DNA of 64,000 nt from Bacillota bacterium. Lineage in GTDB: Bacteria > Bacillota > UBA994 > UBA5500. The notes beneath the pieces are model-generated. The model was not told the DNA's origin and made no database searches. It saw only the letters and a list, made by a program, of their open reading frames with translations. Location of the stretch: NCBI GenBank assembly GCA_050949085.1, contig JBMNFB010000009.1, positions 245,095 to 309,094 on the forward strand, read 5' to 3'. Made by a program: the position numbers and the translations under genes. Within the stretch, counting starts at the first letter, position 1. Each line of letters opens with the position of its first letter. Below are positions 9,208-20,694 of this stretch, piece after piece.

Positions 9208-12030
9208 TTAGCGGTTGAATAACAACGGTTTCAGGTATTGCCCGGTGTACGACTGTTCCATCACAGCCACCTCCTCCGGCGCGCCCCTGGCGACCACCAG
9301 GCCGCCGCGCTCGCCGCCCTCTGGTCCGAGATCAATGATGTAGTCGGCTGTCTTGATTACGTCCAGATTGTGCTCGATGACCAGCACCGTGTCGCCCTGC
9401 GCTACGAGGCGCTGCAACACATCCAGCAGGCGCCGCACGTCGTCCACATGCAGACCGGTCGTCGGCTCATCCAGGATGTAGAAGGTGCGGCCGTTGCTGC
9501 GGCGGCTGAGTTCTGTAGCCAGTTTCACCCGCTGTGCCTCGCCGCCCGATAGCGTCGTTGCTGACTGCCCCAGCCGGATGTAGCCGAGGCCGACGTCGAC
9601 CAGAGTCTGCAGCTTGCGCCGGATGCCCTGATGGTTCTCGAAGAAAATCAGCGCCTCGGCCGCCGTCATGGCCAGGATATCGGCGATGTTCTTCCCCTTG
9701 TAGCGCACCTCTAGCGTTTCCCGGTTATAACGCTGGCCGCCACACACCTCACAGGGCACATAGATGTCGGGCAGGAAGTGCATCTCGATCTTGATGATAC
9801 CGTCGCCGCGGCAAGCCTCGCAGCGTCCGCCCCGCACATTGAAGCTGAAGCGTCCCGGCTTATAGCCGCGCATCTTGGCTGCCTGAGTCTGCGCATAGAG
9901 CTGGCGGATCAGATCGAACGTTCCTGTATACGTGGCCGGATTGGAGCGTGGCGTGCGCCCGATCGGCGCCTGGTCGATGTTGATCACTTTCTCCAGATGC
10001 TCCAGTCCGAGGATCTGGTCATGCTGGCCGGCCTTACGCTTGGCCCGGTTGAGGTCCATCGCCAGCTGCTTATAGATGATCTCGTTGACCAGCGTGCTCT
10101 TTCCGGAGCCGGATACGCCGGTCACGCAGGTGAACACCCCCAAGGGAATGTCCACGTCCATATTCTTCAGGTTGTTCTCCCGTGCGCCGCGCACCCTCAG
10201 CCATTTATCGTTGGGTTGGCGACGCTGCTGGGGAATAGCTATGCTCTCCTTGCCGGAGAGATAGCGGCCGGTGATGGATTCCTCGACCTGACAGATCTCC
10301 TCCAGCGTACCGGCGGCGACAATCTGACCGCCGTGCTCGCCTGCCCCCGGACCCATGTCGATAATATAATCGGCGTTGCGCATCGTCTCCTCATCATGCT
10401 CGACGACGATCACCGTATTGCCGTGATCACGCAGGGCCTTCAGCGTCTCGATCAGCCGCCCGTTATCGCGCTGATGCAGACCGATACTGGGCTCGTCCAG
10501 GATGTAGAGCACCCCTGTCAGGCTGGAGCCGATCTGCGTCGCCAGCCGAATCCGCTGCGCTTCGCCCCCCGAGAGGGAGCCGGCCTTGCGGTCCAGCGTC
10601 AGGTAGTCCAGACCGACGTTGACCAGGAACCCCAGCCGGGCCTTGATCTCTTTCAACACCTGACCAGCGATCAGCGTCTCCCGCTGGCTCAGTTCCAGAC
10701 CGGCAAAGAAGTTGAGCGCGTCGCTGATGGAGAGTGCTGTGACTTCAGCTATGGAATATCCGCCAACCCTAATTGACAGCACTTCGGGCTTAAGGCGCTG
10801 CCCGCGGCACGTCGGGCAGATATGGTCGCTCATATATTGCTCCAGGTTCTCGCGTATTGAGTTGGAGCTGGTCTCGCGATAGCTGCGTTCCAGCATGGGG
10901 ATTACTCCCCGGAAGACAAGATTGAACTCCCGCCGTTGCCCGTTGCTGTCTACGTAGCGCACCTTCAACCGATCGGGTGCGCCGTGGAGGATGATATTCA
11001 GGTGCTCGTCGCTGAGTTCGGCTATCGGCTTGTGCAGGTCGATACCGTACTGCTTGCTGACCGCCTGGAACAGGGCCGGATAGTAATTACTGGAACTATC
11101 GGCCCAGACAGCCATGGCGCCTTCAGCCAGCGACTTGCTGGGATCGGGGAAGATCAGATCCGGATCGAACTTGAGATGCGCGCCCAAGCCGCTGCAGGCT
11201 GGACACGCCCCATAGGGGTTGTTGAACGAGAACATGCGCGGGCTGATCTCCTGATAGCTGAAACCGCATTCGGTACAGGCAAAGTTCAGGCTGTAGAGGG
11301 TCTCCTCGCCGCCCAGTTCGTGGATGATGACCAGACCTTCGCTGAGTCGGGTGGCTGTCTCCAGCGAGTCCGCCAGACGCGCACCGATATCCGGCCGGAT
11401 AATCAGCCGATCGACGACGACTTCGATGGTGTGCTGGCGGTTTCTCTCCAGCTCGATGGGTTCGCCTAGCTCCCGCAGCTCGCCGTCCACCCTTACCCGG
11501 ACGTAACCTTCCTGCTGCAGCTCCTCCAGCAGCTTGACATGCTCACCCTTCTTGCCGCGCACCACCGGGGCCAGCACCAACACCCGCGTACCTTCCGGCT
11601 TAGCCAGCACCAGATCGACAATCTGCTGAATCGTCTGCTGGGCAATGGCGGTGCCGCAGTTGGGGCAGAACGGGTGGCCGATGCGAGCGTAGAGCAGCCG
11701 CAGATAGTCATAGATCTCGGTCACCGTGCCGACGGTAGACCGCGGGTTGCGACTGGTGGTGCGCTGATCGATGGAAATGGCCGGCGATAGACCCTCGATC
11801 AGATCCACGTCCGGCTTGTCCATCTGCCCCAGAAACTGACGGGCATAGGCGGAGAGGGACTGGACATAGCGGCGCTGACCTTCGGCATAAATCGTATCAA
11901 AAGCTAACGACGACTTGCCTGAGCCAGACAAGCCGGTGACGACAACTAACTTATCTCGGGGAATATCCACATCAATATCTTTTAGATTATGGGCGCGTGC
12001 ACCGCGCACGATGATTTTCTCCTTGGGCAA
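9208..12030 (-). CDS. uvrA: Excinuclease ABC subunit A
   Basis: [17 protein letters not shown], two ABC domains, Zn fingers; GGAGGTG RBS before TTG. Confidence 0.98.
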   Translation of the reverse strand: MPKEKIIVRGARAHNLKDIDVDIPRDKLVVVTGLSGSGKSSLAFDTIYAEGQRRYVQSLSAYARQFLGQMDKPDVDLIEGLSPAISIDQRTTSRNPRSTVGTVTEIYDYLRLLYARIGHPFCPNCGTAIAQQTIQQIVDLVLAKPEGTRVLVLAPVVRGKKGEHVKLLEELQQEGYVRVRVDGELRELGEPIELERNRQHTIEVVVDRLIIRPDIGARLADSLETATRLSEGLVIIHELGGEETLYSLNFACTECGFSYQEISPRMFSFNNPYGACPACSGLGAHLKFDPDLIFPDPSKSLAEGAMAVWADSSSNYYPALFQAVSKQYGIDLHKPIAELSDEHLNIILHGAPDRLKVRYVDSNGQRREFNLVFRGVIPMLERSYRETSSNSIRENLEQYMSDHICPTCRGQRLKPEVLSIRVGGYSIAEVTALSISDALNFFAGLELSQRETLIAGQVLKEIKARLGFLVNVGLDYLTLDRKAGSLSGGEAQRIRLATQIGSSLTGVLYILDEPSIGLHQRDNGRLIETLKALRDHGNTVIVVEHDEETMRNADYIIDMGPGAGEHGGQIVAAGTLEEICQVEESITGRYLSGKESIAIPQQRRQPNDKWLRVRGARENNLKNMDVDIPLGVFTCVTGVSGSGKSTLVNEIIYKQLAMDLNRAKRKAGQHDQILGLEHLEKVINIDQAPIGRTPRSNPATYTGTFDLIRQLYAQTQAAKMRGYKPGRFSFNVRGGRCEACRGDGIIKIEMHFLPDIYVPCEVCGGQRYNRETLEVRYKGKNIADILAMTAAEALIFFENHQGIRRKLQTLVDVGLGYIRLGQSATTLSGGEAQRVKLATELSRRSNGRTFYILDEPTTGLHVDDVRRLLDVLQRLVAQGDTVLVIEHNLDVIKTADYIIDLGPEGGERGGLVVARGAPEEVAVMEQSYTGQYLKPLLFNR

Positions 12031-12049
12031 AATCGCACCTCCTGCCCAT

Positions 12050-12094
12050 CGTACATACATTCGCTATTCTATCACTAGGAGCCATGGTGAGCAA
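12050..12094 (-). promoter_or_regulatory. uvrA promoter with putative LexA (SOS) box
   Basis: TTGCTC-17-TAGAAT with extended TG; CGAATGTATGTACG (12063-12050) has two mismatches to the Gram-positive CGAACRNRYGTTCG consensus. Confidence 0.65.
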
Positions 12095-12127
12095 GAGAAA
12101 TGCAGGTGAGATTCGGGGGGCGGCGGC

Positions 12128-14104
12128 TCAGGCCCGCGCTCGCAACTCGAGGATCAGGTCTCGCAGCTCTGCGGCGCGCTCGAACTCCAGCTCGCGGGCA
12201 GCCTGCTTCATTTCCTTCTCCAGTTTGGCGATCAGGTCCAGGCGCTCGCGCCTGGTCATCTGCTTGACGACAGCGCTGGTGACTCGATAGGGTTCCTCCT
12301 GTTCCGCTACCTGCGTCGCCTCGATCACGTCGCGCACCGCTTTCTGAATGGTGCGCGGCACGATGTTATGTTTGGCGTTATACTCCAGCTGCAAGGTGCG
12401 GCGGCGTTCGGTCTCGCGCAATGCCGCCTCCATGGAGCCGGTGATCTGATCCGCATACATGATGACCTTGCCGTTCACATTGCGGGCGGCACGCCCCACC
12501 GTCTGGATCAGTGACTGGGTGGAGCGGAGGAAGCCCTCCTTGTCGGCATCCAGGATCGCCACCAGTGTCACTTCCGGCAGGTCGAGACCTTCGCGCAGGA
12601 GGTTGATGCCCACCAGCACATCGAAGACTCCCAGGCGCAGATCGCGGATGATCTCCATCCGCTCCAGGGTATCGATATCGGAATGGAGGTAGCGCACCTT
12701 GATCCCCATCTCACGGAAGTATTCGGTCAGGTCCTCGGCCATCTTCTTCGTCAGCGTCGTCACCAGCACCCGCTCCCTGCGCTCGGCGCGCTGGCGGATC
12801 TCGCCATAGAGGTCATCCACCTGACCCCGGATGGGGCGGACGATGATCTCCGGATCCACCAGACCGGTCGGCCGGATGATCTGCTCCACAACCTGCTGGC
12901 TCTCGCCCAGCTCATAGGCGCTGGGAGTGGCCGAGACGTACACCACCTGGTTCAGCCGCTCCTGAAACTCGGCGAAGTTGAGGGGGCGGTTGTCCAGGGC
13001 CGAGGGCAGCCGGAAACCGTGCTCCACCAGGGTGCGTTTGCGTGACTGGTCGCCGGCATACATGCCTCTGACCTGCGGAATCGTCTGGTGTGACTCATCG
13101 ACAATCAGCAGGAAATCCCTGGGGAAGTAGTCCAGCAGCGTGAAAGGCGGCTGGCCCGGCTGGCGCCCATCCAGGTGGCGCGAGTAATTCTCAATGCCGG
13201 AGCAGAAACCGATCTCCTGCATCATCTCCAGATCGTAGAACGTGCGCTGCTGTAAACGCTGCGCTTCCAGCAGCCTTTCCTGACGTCGCAGCTCCGCCAG
13301 ACGTTGATCCAGTTCGGCACGGATGGAACGAATGGCCGCCTGCATCTTATCGTCGGAGGTAACGAAGTGGGATCGCGGGAAGATGAGGACGTGCCGCCGC
13401 AGCCCGATAACTTCCCCCGTCAACGTATCGATCTCGGTGATGCGGTCGACCTCGTCGCCGAAAAACTCGACGCGGATAGCCCGCTCACTGGCGGACGCAG
13501 GGAAAATCTCCACCGAGTCGCCCCGCACTCGAAACGTGCCCCGGGTGAAGTTGACATCATTGCGGCTATACTGGATATCCACCAGCTGATGCAGCACCTC
13601 ATCCCGATCTTTCCGCATTCCCGGCCGCAGTGAGATACAGAGCTTCATGTACTCGCCGGGGTTACCGAGACCGTAGATACAGGAGACGCTGGCGACGATG
13701 ATCACATCCCGCCGCTCGAAGAGTGCCGCCGTCGCCGAGTGCCGCAACTTATCGATCTCTTCGTTGATCTGGGCATCCTTCTCGATATAGGTATCGGTGG
13801 AGGGAATGTAAGCCTCCGGCTGGTAATAGTCGTAGTAGCTGACAAAGTACTCAACAGCGTTCTCCGGAAAGAACTCGCGAAACTCGCCGCAGAGTTGAGC
13901 GGCCAGGGTCTTGTTATGAGCCAGCACCAGCGTAGGTTTTTGCACCTGGGCGATGACATTGGCCATCGTGAACGTCTTGCCTGACCCCGTAACTCCCAGC
14001 AGGGTCTGGGCCCGCATGCCCTCATTGATCCCCCGGACCAGGCGCTCAATAGCCTGGGGCTGGTCGCCGGTGGGCTGAAATTCTGAACGGAGCTGAAACT
14101 GCAC
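12128..14104 (-). CDS. uvrB: Excinuclease ABC subunit B
   Basis: [27 protein letters not shown] beta-hairpin, C-terminal UVR domain. Confidence 0.98.
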   Translation of the reverse strand: MQFQLRSEFQPTGDQPQAIERLVRGINEGMRAQTLLGVTGSGKTFTMANVIAQVQKPTLVLAHNKTLAAQLCGEFREFFPENAVEYFVSYYDYYQPEAYIPSTDTYIEKDAQINEEIDKLRHSATAALFERRDVIIVASVSCIYGLGNPGEYMKLCISLRPGMRKDRDEVLHQLVDIQYSRNDVNFTRGTFRVRGDSVEIFPASASERAIRVEFFGDEVDRITEIDTLTGEVIGLRRHVLIFPRSHFVTSDDKMQAAIRSIRAELDQRLAELRRQERLLEAQRLQQRTFYDLEMMQEIGFCSGIENYSRHLDGRQPGQPPFTLLDYFPRDFLLIVDESHQTIPQVRGMYAGDQSRKRTLVEHGFRLPSALDNRPLNFAEFQERLNQVVYVSATPSAYELGESQQVVEQIIRPTGLVDPEIIVRPIRGQVDDLYGEIRQRAERRERVLVTTLTKKMAEDLTEYFREMGIKVRYLHSDIDTLERMEIIRDLRLGVFDVLVGINLLREGLDLPEVTLVAILDADKEGFLRSTQSLIQTVGRAARNVNGKVIMYADQITGSMEAALRETERRRTLQLEYNAKHNIVPRTIQKAVRDVIEATQVAEQEEPYRVTSAVVKQMTRRERLDLIAKLEKEMKQAARELEFERAAELRDLILELRARA

Positions 14105-14115
14105 CCGGGTACCTC

Positions 14116-15366
14116 CTAACTATCCTCGTCCCGCCGCCTGAAAATGCGTTGCCAGAGCTGCTTGAGTCGCTGGCTTTCTCTGACCTCCAGAAAGGCTGAA
14201 GCGGTAGCATCCGGAGTCAGCAGGATGCCCAGCTGACCGGGCTGATCAGTGGGAGGCAGGTTGAGCAGGATGTTGTGCTCCCGACCAGCACGAACGACAG
14301 TCAGATAGATCTGCAGTGCCGACCGCAGCACCGCTCTGATCTCGGCGATGGTCTCCACCGGTTGCCCATTGGCCCGCAGGATAATATCGCCGGCCTGCAG
14401 TCCTGCCCGCTCGGCGACCCCGTCCCGCAGCACTTCCATCACCTGCACACCCGGCCCCAAGTGCCCAAAGCGAGGCTCGCCCCGCTGCTCACGCCGGTTG
14501 TTGAGCTGGATCAGCGCCTCATGTCCCAGCGGAGCGAAGATAGCTCCCAGCCAGAGCAGTGCCGGTTGGCGGCTGCCCAACCAGGCCAGCAGCAATAGTA
14601 GCAGACTGTAGGCCAACAGCTGCCAGGCAGATTGACGCACCTTTTGTCTGGGCGGTACAGTCACCGCCAGGTCACCATAGCCCAGCCCAGCCAACAGGGG
14701 CACCATCCAGAGGGTGAGATCTGTCCCGAGAGGAGCATCTACCGGTCTGATCAGCGGCCACCACATCGGCATGCCGATCCCGCCACGTACTCCGCCCATT
14801 GACCCGGGAATGAAGATCAGCGCCAGCAGGGGCAGTGGCCAGAACATCTGCAGGTTATAGGCGCCGACAATGCGCCCCGACGGCTGGCGCATGGCCACCG
14901 GGGTAGCCATCAGGTGGCCGCTGATCAGCATGAGTACGCTTTCGACAATGTGCAAAACGGCAACGAGGCCCAGCAGCGACGCCACATCGAGTTCAGGCCA
15001 ACCTGTCAGGAGATGAAGGAGGGCCAGCAGTCCTCCCGAGTAGGAGAAGCAGATAAAGCGCATGTTGATGATCGCCAGAGCAACGGAAACCGCAAGCACA
15101 TATCGCACCCAGGCAAAGGATATGGTTATCCCGACGCCCACGACGATCAGGCTGCCAAACCAGCCCCCCAGCAACCCAAAGAAAAGGGACAGGAGAACAC
15201 GATAGAACAGCGGCTGGCGCTGCCGACCGTAGAACGTCTGCTCCAGTCGGGCCAGCCGGTAGAACTGCCAGGCAACCAGTCCGAGGACCACCCAGAAGAA
15301 AGGGTTGGCCGGAAAATGCTGCAGGGTTGAAAAATAAGCCTTAGAGATTTCAAGCAGCGGGGGCAT
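14116..15366 (-). CDS. Multi-TM PDZ-domain protein (MinJ/YvjD-like)
   Basis: Multiple TM segments, [11 protein letters not shown]-terminal PDZ ([17 protein letters not shown]); located between ftsEX and uvrB. Confidence 0.8.
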   Translation of the reverse strand: MPPLLEISKAYFSTLQHFPANPFFWVVLGLVAWQFYRLARLEQTFYGRQRQPLFYRVLLSLFFGLLGGWFGSLIVVGVGITISFAWVRYVLAVSVALAIINMRFICFSYSGGLLALLHLLTGWPELDVASLLGLVAVLHIVESVLMLISGHLMATPVAMRQPSGRIVGAYNLQMFWPLPLLALIFIPGSMGGVRGGIGMPMWWPLIRPVDAPLGTDLTLWMVPLLAGLGYGDLAVTVPPRQKVRQSAWQLLAYSLLLLLLAWLGSRQPALLWLGAIFAPLGHEALIQLNNRREQRGEPRFGHLGPGVQVMEVLRDGVAERAGLQAGDIILRANGQPVETIAEIRAVLRSALQIYLTVVRAGREHNILLNLPPTDQPGQLGILLTPDATASAFLEVRESQRLKQLWQRIFRRRDEDS

Positions 15367-15705
15367 AAGCATACCTCCCCTAGCATCAGCTACTACAATT
15401 ATACAACACTTGTTCGGGAATCAGAAACCGCGCCCGCCAGGAGGGGCGCCACAAGCTGGGCAAATCTCAGCTTCATCCGGCAAGTCCCACTGTAGAGAGA
15501 CGCAGCGGGCCTGTCGTCCCCGGGCGGCACACCCCCTTGCGCGCACCGTCTTCTTCAGGAATAAAGTATCAGGCGGAACGCGACGGGGAGCAGCAAATCT
15601 CGCCCTACCGCAACCGGTGCTCTGGGCGACCATGCCATGGATGGAGTCTGGGTTCACCTGGCACGACTGCGCCTTCAGGGTAATGCCGTCTTCCACAGGC
15701 TAAAG

Positions 15706-15745
15706 AAAGCACCCACTGCGACCCGGGTGAGAGGCAGTGGGTGCT
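15706..15745 (-). terminator. Intrinsic terminator of ftsEX-M23
   Basis: AGCACCCACTGC/GCAGTGGGTGCT stem followed by TTTCTTT. Confidence 0.7.
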
Positions 15746-15776
15746 ATTGCAGCAGCTCCAATACAACAAGCCCAAT

Positions 15777-16916
15777 TTAGCGCGGCACGTAATCCAGCGG
15801 ATTCACCTTCGCTCCATTCTTGCGGAACTCGAAATGCAGGTGAGGCCCGGTTGAATATCCCGTGCTGCCCGCCTCGCCGATCTTTTGTCCCTTCAGGACG
15901 GTCTGATTCGTCGAGACACTCAGTCGGTTCAGATGGGCATAGACAGTCGAGATACCTTTGCCGTGGTCGATGATCACGACTTGCCCGTACGAGCCCATCC
16001 AGCCCGAGAAAAGGACAGTACCGTCGTCAACAGCGACAATCTTGGCGCCCAGCGGTGACCCGATATCGATGCCGGCATGATGTTTGCGCTGCCCCGTGAT
16101 GGGATCATTGCGCCAGCCGAAATAGGAGTTGATCTTCGTGTAGCCGGGTGCTGGCCAGACGTATGTACCGGTTCCCGTCGCGCCACCCGGGTTATTCCCC
16201 TGGGCTTCACGAATCAGGCGTTCCAGCTCGCGTTCCGTCGCCTCCAGCTCAGCCATCGCCGCCTCGTAGGCCTGTCGATCGGTCAGCAGTTTTTTCTGTA
16301 GCTCAACCCGGTTGGCCATGCGCGAGGCCACCGAACTGCGTTGCTGGTCGGTCTGGCGATGCAGGTCGCTCAGCTTGGCCTTCTGCGCCTCCAGCGCTTC
16401 CTTGCGCAGTTCGATGTCGGCCTTATCCTGCTTGATGGAGTCCACCACGACGGCGTCATGCTCGACCACCTGCCCCAGCAGGTTGATCCGATTGATGAGA
16501 TCGCGGAAGCTGCTGGCCCCGATCAATACCTCCAGGTAGCTCATCGGCCCCCGTTCATAGAGCGCACGCACGCGCAGCTTCAGTGCTTCCTGGCGCTGGG
16601 CCAGCCGGGCCTCGGCCTCGGCCAGATCCTCCTCCGTCAGCCGGATCTCAGCTTCTGTGGTCTGCAGGCGCTGCTCCAGATAGGCCAGCTGCTGTTCTGA
16701 CTCCTCAATCGCCTTGTCAAGGCTGCGCAGCTCGCTGGTAACACTGTTATACTGTGAGCGATTCGCGTTGATCTTCTTTTCCAGTTCTTTGATCTCCCGC
16801 TGTACAGCCTCATAGCGCGCCCGCTGTTCGGCCAGAGTGTCGGCAAATCCGGTCAGGGCGTGTGCCAGCAGCAGCACGACAACCAGGCCAACGGCAAACC
16901 CTTGTTTCAGCCGCAT
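15777..16916 (-). CDS. Coiled-coil M23 peptidase / murein hydrolase activator (EnvC/CwlO-like)
   Basis: Signal peptide, PcsB-like coiled coil, HAGID and STGPHLHFE motifs; directly after ftsX. Confidence 0.92.
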   Translation of the reverse strand: MRLKQGFAVGLVVVLLLAHALTGFADTLAEQRARYEAVQREIKELEKKINANRSQYNSVTSELRSLDKAIEESEQQLAYLEQRLQTTEAEIRLTEEDLAEAEARLAQRQEALKLRVRALYERGPMSYLEVLIGASSFRDLINRINLLGQVVEHDAVVVDSIKQDKADIELRKEALEAQKAKLSDLHRQTDQQRSSVASRMANRVELQKKLLTDRQAYEAAMAELEATERELERLIREAQGNNPGGATGTGTYVWPAPGYTKINSYFGWRNDPITGQRKHHAGIDIGSPLGAKIVAVDDGTVLFSGWMGSYGQVVIIDHGKGISTVYAHLNRLSVSTNQTVLKGQKIGEAGSTGYSTGPHLHFEFRKNGAKVNPLDYVPR

Positions 16917-16953
16917 CCCCACTCCCCCTCTCTATCCATACTGAAAGCTCCAG

Positions 16954-17841
16954 CTAAACCCTCAAAAAGCGGCGCAGGCTGACTGCGCTGCCCAATCCAC
17001 CGATCACAGTGCCGGTCAAGACCACCCAGCCTCCCATGTGTAGCACGAGCGGCCAGGGCTGAATCAGCGGCAAGAACGGCATCGAGACAGCCAGCCGCTG
17101 AACGGCCAGAATATAGAGGTAGCTGACCAGCCCGCCGGCCATCAGGCCGCCGATCAACCCCAGTAACATGCCTTCAACCAGGAATGGCCAACGAATAAAC
17201 CAGTTGGTGGCGCCGACGTACCGCATGATCTCTACCTCGCGTCGCCGCGCGAAAACAGTGATGCGGATCGTGTTAGCGATGATAAATGTGGCTGCCAGCG
17301 CCAGGCCGACCATCAGGACCATGGCCACCAGACGCATCACCCGGGTGATCTCAAAGAGCTGCTCCACCACGCCTTCGCCATAGATGACTTCAGCTACGCC
17401 ATCCAGAGTCTCCAGCTGGGGAACCAGCTCCAACACCTGCTGGGGCTGGTGAGTGCGCACTTCAAACCCATTGCGCAGAGGGTTGTCCATTTCCAGGCCA
17501 TCAAGAAAGGCGGCGCTGCCTCCATACCATTCGCGCATCCGCAACAAAGCCTCTTCTTTGCTGACATACTTGACAGTGGCGACTTCCGGAAAGGACATCA
17601 GCTGCTGGGCCAACTGATCTATCTGCTGGCTGCTGATTTCGTCCTGCAGGTAGAGGGAAATCTCAACCTGGGACTCCATCTCACCCGCCATACCGGCCAT
17701 GTTCTCGGCCAACAGGAGAAAAATGCCGAAGATCAGCATGGTGATGGCCACGGTGCCGATGGACGCCACCGTCATCCAGCTGTTACGCCACATGCTGTGC
17801 ACGGCTTGCCGATGAAAGCCCAACCAGGTTCTAATTTTCAT
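16954..17841 (-). CDS. ftsX: Cell division permease FtsX
   Basis: SKEEAL, NPL, IANTIRITVFARRREVEIMRYVGAT..IRWPF. Confidence 0.95.
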   Translation of the reverse strand: MKIRTWLGFHRQAVHSMWRNSWMTVASIGTVAITMLIFGIFLLLAENMAGMAGEMESQVEISLYLQDEISSQQIDQLAQQLMSFPEVATVKYVSKEEALLRMREWYGGSAAFLDGLEMDNPLRNGFEVRTHQPQQVLELVPQLETLDGVAEVIYGEGVVEQLFEITRVMRLVAMVLMVGLALAATFIIANTIRITVFARRREVEIMRYVGATNWFIRWPFLVEGMLLGLIGGLMAGGLVSYLYILAVQRLAVSMPFLPLIQPWPLVLHMGGWVVLTGTVIGGLGSAVSLRRFLRV

Positions 17842-18517
17842 GGCCGTATCTCCCCCTGTCCTCGTCGCGCGTGATCCGGCCATCAACTAATTCCACAACC
17901 CGTTTACGCATACTGTCGACGATATTGCTGGCATGGGTGACCATCAGAATCGTCGTGCCCTGAGCATTGATATCCTGCAGAACGCGCATGATCCCCCATG
18001 CGGTCTCCGGATCCAGATTGCCTGTGGGTTCATCGGCCAGCAGAATGTAAGGCTGATTGACAATCGCCCGGGCCAGAGCTGCCCGCTGCTGCTCTCCGCC
18101 GGAAAGCTGGGTCGGCAGATGGCTGGATTTCCCCCCGAGGCCGACCAGATCCAGAACTTCGGGAACCCGTCGCCGGATGGCGCGCGGCGAAGCTTCAACG
18201 GCCCGCATCGCGAAGGCGATGTTCTCGCCGATGGACCAGTTGGGCATCAGACGGAAATCCTGAAAGACGACACCGATCTGCCGGCGCAGATAGGGGATCT
18301 CGCGCGGCCGTAGATGGTTGACAACCCGCCCGTTAACAATTACCTGTCCCTTGGTCGGCTTTTCTTCGGCCAAAACCAATTTCGTCAGCGTCGTCTTGCC
18401 GGCTCCGCTGGGGCCGACAATAAAGACAAACTCACCGCGAGTGATATGCAAATTAATATCATGCAGCGCCACTACCCCATTGGGGTAAATCTTGGAAATG
18501 GCGTTTAACTCAAGCAT
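17831..18517 (-). CDS. ftsE: Cell division ATP-binding protein FtsE
   Basis: GPSGAGKT, IPYLRRQIGVVFQDFRL, LSGGEQQR, ADEPTGNLD. Confidence 0.96.
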   Translation of the reverse strand: MLELNAISKIYPNGVVALHDINLHITRGEFVFIVGPSGAGKTTLTKLVLAEEKPTKGQVIVNGRVVNHLRPREIPYLRRQIGVVFQDFRLMPNWSIGENIAFAMRAVEASPRAIRRRVPEVLDLVGLGGKSSHLPTQLSGGEQQRAALARAIVNQPYILLADEPTGNLDPETAWGIMRVLQDINAQGTTILMVTHASNIVDSMRKRVVELVDGRITRDEDRGRYGHEN

Positions 18518-18920
18518 TATTAACCACCTTTCGGCTCCTCGTTCTGTCAGCTTCTGTCTTTCCTGGGTGCGTAGCCGCGAAATCGCCAGGGGTCTCAGAT
18601 CCTGGCGGGTGTGAGAGGGTCAACGATTTCTTTCGACGGCGGACCGAGCAACTCCTGTCAGTTGCTGACGAATTTCTGTGGTTCGTATTGGGTTTTGGGG
18701 CTTTCCCTGTAGAGGCAGCCAACTAGTTGCAGGCCGCTTTGCCCTGCCAACTGGCGTATGCTAGAATTAAGCAATAAGGAGCAGAACCGGACCAGAGAAA
18801 TCGATCGGCAGGAATCAACCGATGGATAGCGTCAGACAATACTAACCAGGCAATGAAGGCGGCTCGGCTGTCTGGTTGGTATTGGTTACGGATATTTGAG
18901 AAGCGAGGTAGATAGACGAA

Positions 18921-20582
18921 GTGTCCAAGTGCAAAACAGTACAGGTGATCCCCCTGGGTGGAATGGGGGAGATCGGTAAGAACATGTATGTCTTCCAGTC
19001 TGGAGATGACATTCTGGTAGTCGATGCCGGCCTCAAGTTTCCAGAGGATGAGATGCTCGGCATTGATTTTGTCATCCCCAATTTTTCCTACCTGGTGGAG
19101 AACCAGCATAAACTGCGTGGCATCGTTCTCACCCACGGCCATGAGGATCACATCGGCGGCATCCCCTACTTGCTGCAGAAGATTCAGGCGCCCATCTACG
19201 GAACGCGCTTGACCCTGGGCATCCTGCAGGGGAAACTGGACGAACACGGCATCCAGGCCGATACGCGCGAGGTGCGCGCCGGGGAAGAGATCAGCCTGGG
19301 CGAGAGCTTCAGAGTGCGCTTTATCCGCATTAACCACAGCATTCCGGACGGAGTAGCGCTGGCTATCGAGACGCCCCTGGGGGCGATCATTCACAGTGGG
19401 GACTTCAAGTTCGATCAGACGCCGGTGGACGGCCAGGTAACCGACTATCAGACTCTGGCTGAATACGGACGAAAGGGTGTGCTTGCCCTCTTCGCCGATG
19501 CCACCAATGCCCACCGACGCGGGTATACACCATCAGAACGTCTCGTGGGGCGAACATTTGAACAGATATTCAATCAGACGCAGGGGCGGATTCTGATCGC
19601 GACCTTTGCGTCCAACATCCATCGCATCCAGCAGGCCTTTGACACCGCCATGGAATATCAGCGCAAGGTCGCCGTCGTGGGACGCAGCATGGTCAACAAC
19701 GTACGGGTGGCGCACGAGCTGGGCTATCTCAATTTCCCTGATGGGATCTGCGTCGATCCAGAGGAAATCAACAACTTCCCGCCAGAAAAAATGGTGGTTC
19801 TGACCACCGGCAGCCAGGGCGAACCTCTATCGGGGCTGAGCCGGATGGCCAACCAGAGTCACAACCGACTGACAATCGTCCCTGGCGATACGGTAATCAT
19901 GTCGTCCACTCCAGTGCCAGGCAACGAAAAACTGGTCAACCGCGTCATTGATGGCCTTTCCCGGGCGGGCGCCGACGTGATCAGCCAGGCTGAAGCTGAC
20001 GTGCACGTATCGGGGCACGCCAGCCAAGAAGAACTGAAACTGATGATGAATTTGGTCCGTCCCCGCTATACGGTTCCATTCCACGGGGAATATCGGCATG
20101 TCGCAGCCTATCGGCATCTGGCCGAGCAGGTGGGCATTCCGCCGGAAAATATCCTCGCGCCGGAGAACGGCGACGTGCTGGAGTTCAGCGAGAACGGCGC
20201 CCGGATCACCGGGCGCGTCAGCGCCGGCAGCGTGCTGGTTGATGGGCTCGGCATCGGCGACGTGGGCAGCGTAGTCTTGCGCGACCGCCAGCAGCTGGCC
20301 CGCGACGGCATGGTCGTCGCCGTGGTCACAATCGACCGGGTGACCAAGAGCATTAAGGCCGGTCCGGACATCATCACCCGCGGCTTTGTCTATGTGCGGG
20401 AGTCAGAAGACCTGCTATGTGAAGCCGAGGAGCAGGTGCGCCAGGCTCTCGTCAAATGCCTGCAGAATGAAGGTGCCGACTGGGCGGAGCTGAAAGCAGC
20501 CGCGCGAGATGTGCTCAGCGGTCTGCTCTACGAACGCACCAAGCGTCGGCCAATGATTCTGCCGATCATCATGGAAGTCTAG
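18921..20582 (+). CDS. rnj: Ribonuclease J
   Basis: PLGGMGEIGKN, THGHEDHIG, TTGSQGEP, HVSGHAS, TKRRPMILP. Confidence 0.97.
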   Translation: MSKCKTVQVIPLGGMGEIGKNMYVFQSGDDILVVDAGLKFPEDEMLGIDFVIPNFSYLVENQHKLRGIVLTHGHEDHIGGIPYLLQKIQAPIYGTRLTLGILQGKLDEHGIQADTREVRAGEEISLGESFRVRFIRINHSIPDGVALAIETPLGAIIHSGDFKFDQTPVDGQVTDYQTLAEYGRKGVLALFADATNAHRRGYTPSERLVGRTFEQIFNQTQGRILIATFASNIHRIQQAFDTAMEYQRKVAVVGRSMVNNVRVAHELGYLNFPDGICVDPEEINNFPPEKMVVLTTGSQGEPLSGLSRMANQSHNRLTIVPGDTVIMSSTPVPGNEKLVNRVIDGLSRAGADVISQAEADVHVSGHASQEELKLMMNLVRPRYTVPFHGEYRHVAAYRHLAEQVGIPPENILAPENGDVLEFSENGARITGRVSAGSVLVDGLGIGDVGSVVLRDRQQLARDGMVVAVVTIDRVTKSIKAGPDIITRGFVYVRESEDLLCEAEEQVRQALVKCLQNEGADWAELKAAARDVLSGLLYERTKRRPMILPIIMEV

Positions 20583-20605
20583 GGCTATAAACCGATCCAG
20601 AGAGC

Positions 20606-20656
20606 AAAAAGCGCCTTCGCCGGTGGTCGACTGAACCACCAACGAAGGCGCTTTTC
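20606..20656. terminator. Bidirectional intrinsic terminator between convergent rnj and transketolase
   Basis: AAAAGCGCCTTCG..GGTGGT-loop-ACCACC..CGAAGGCGCTTTT. Confidence 0.85.
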
Positions 20657-20694
20657 TCTCAGAGAACGTCTCGCCGGCGCAGCAGGCCGAAGCG

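Noticed and set aside
18723-19514. 263-aa minus ORF overlapping rnj
   Set aside because: Antisense to a highly conserved RNase J gene.
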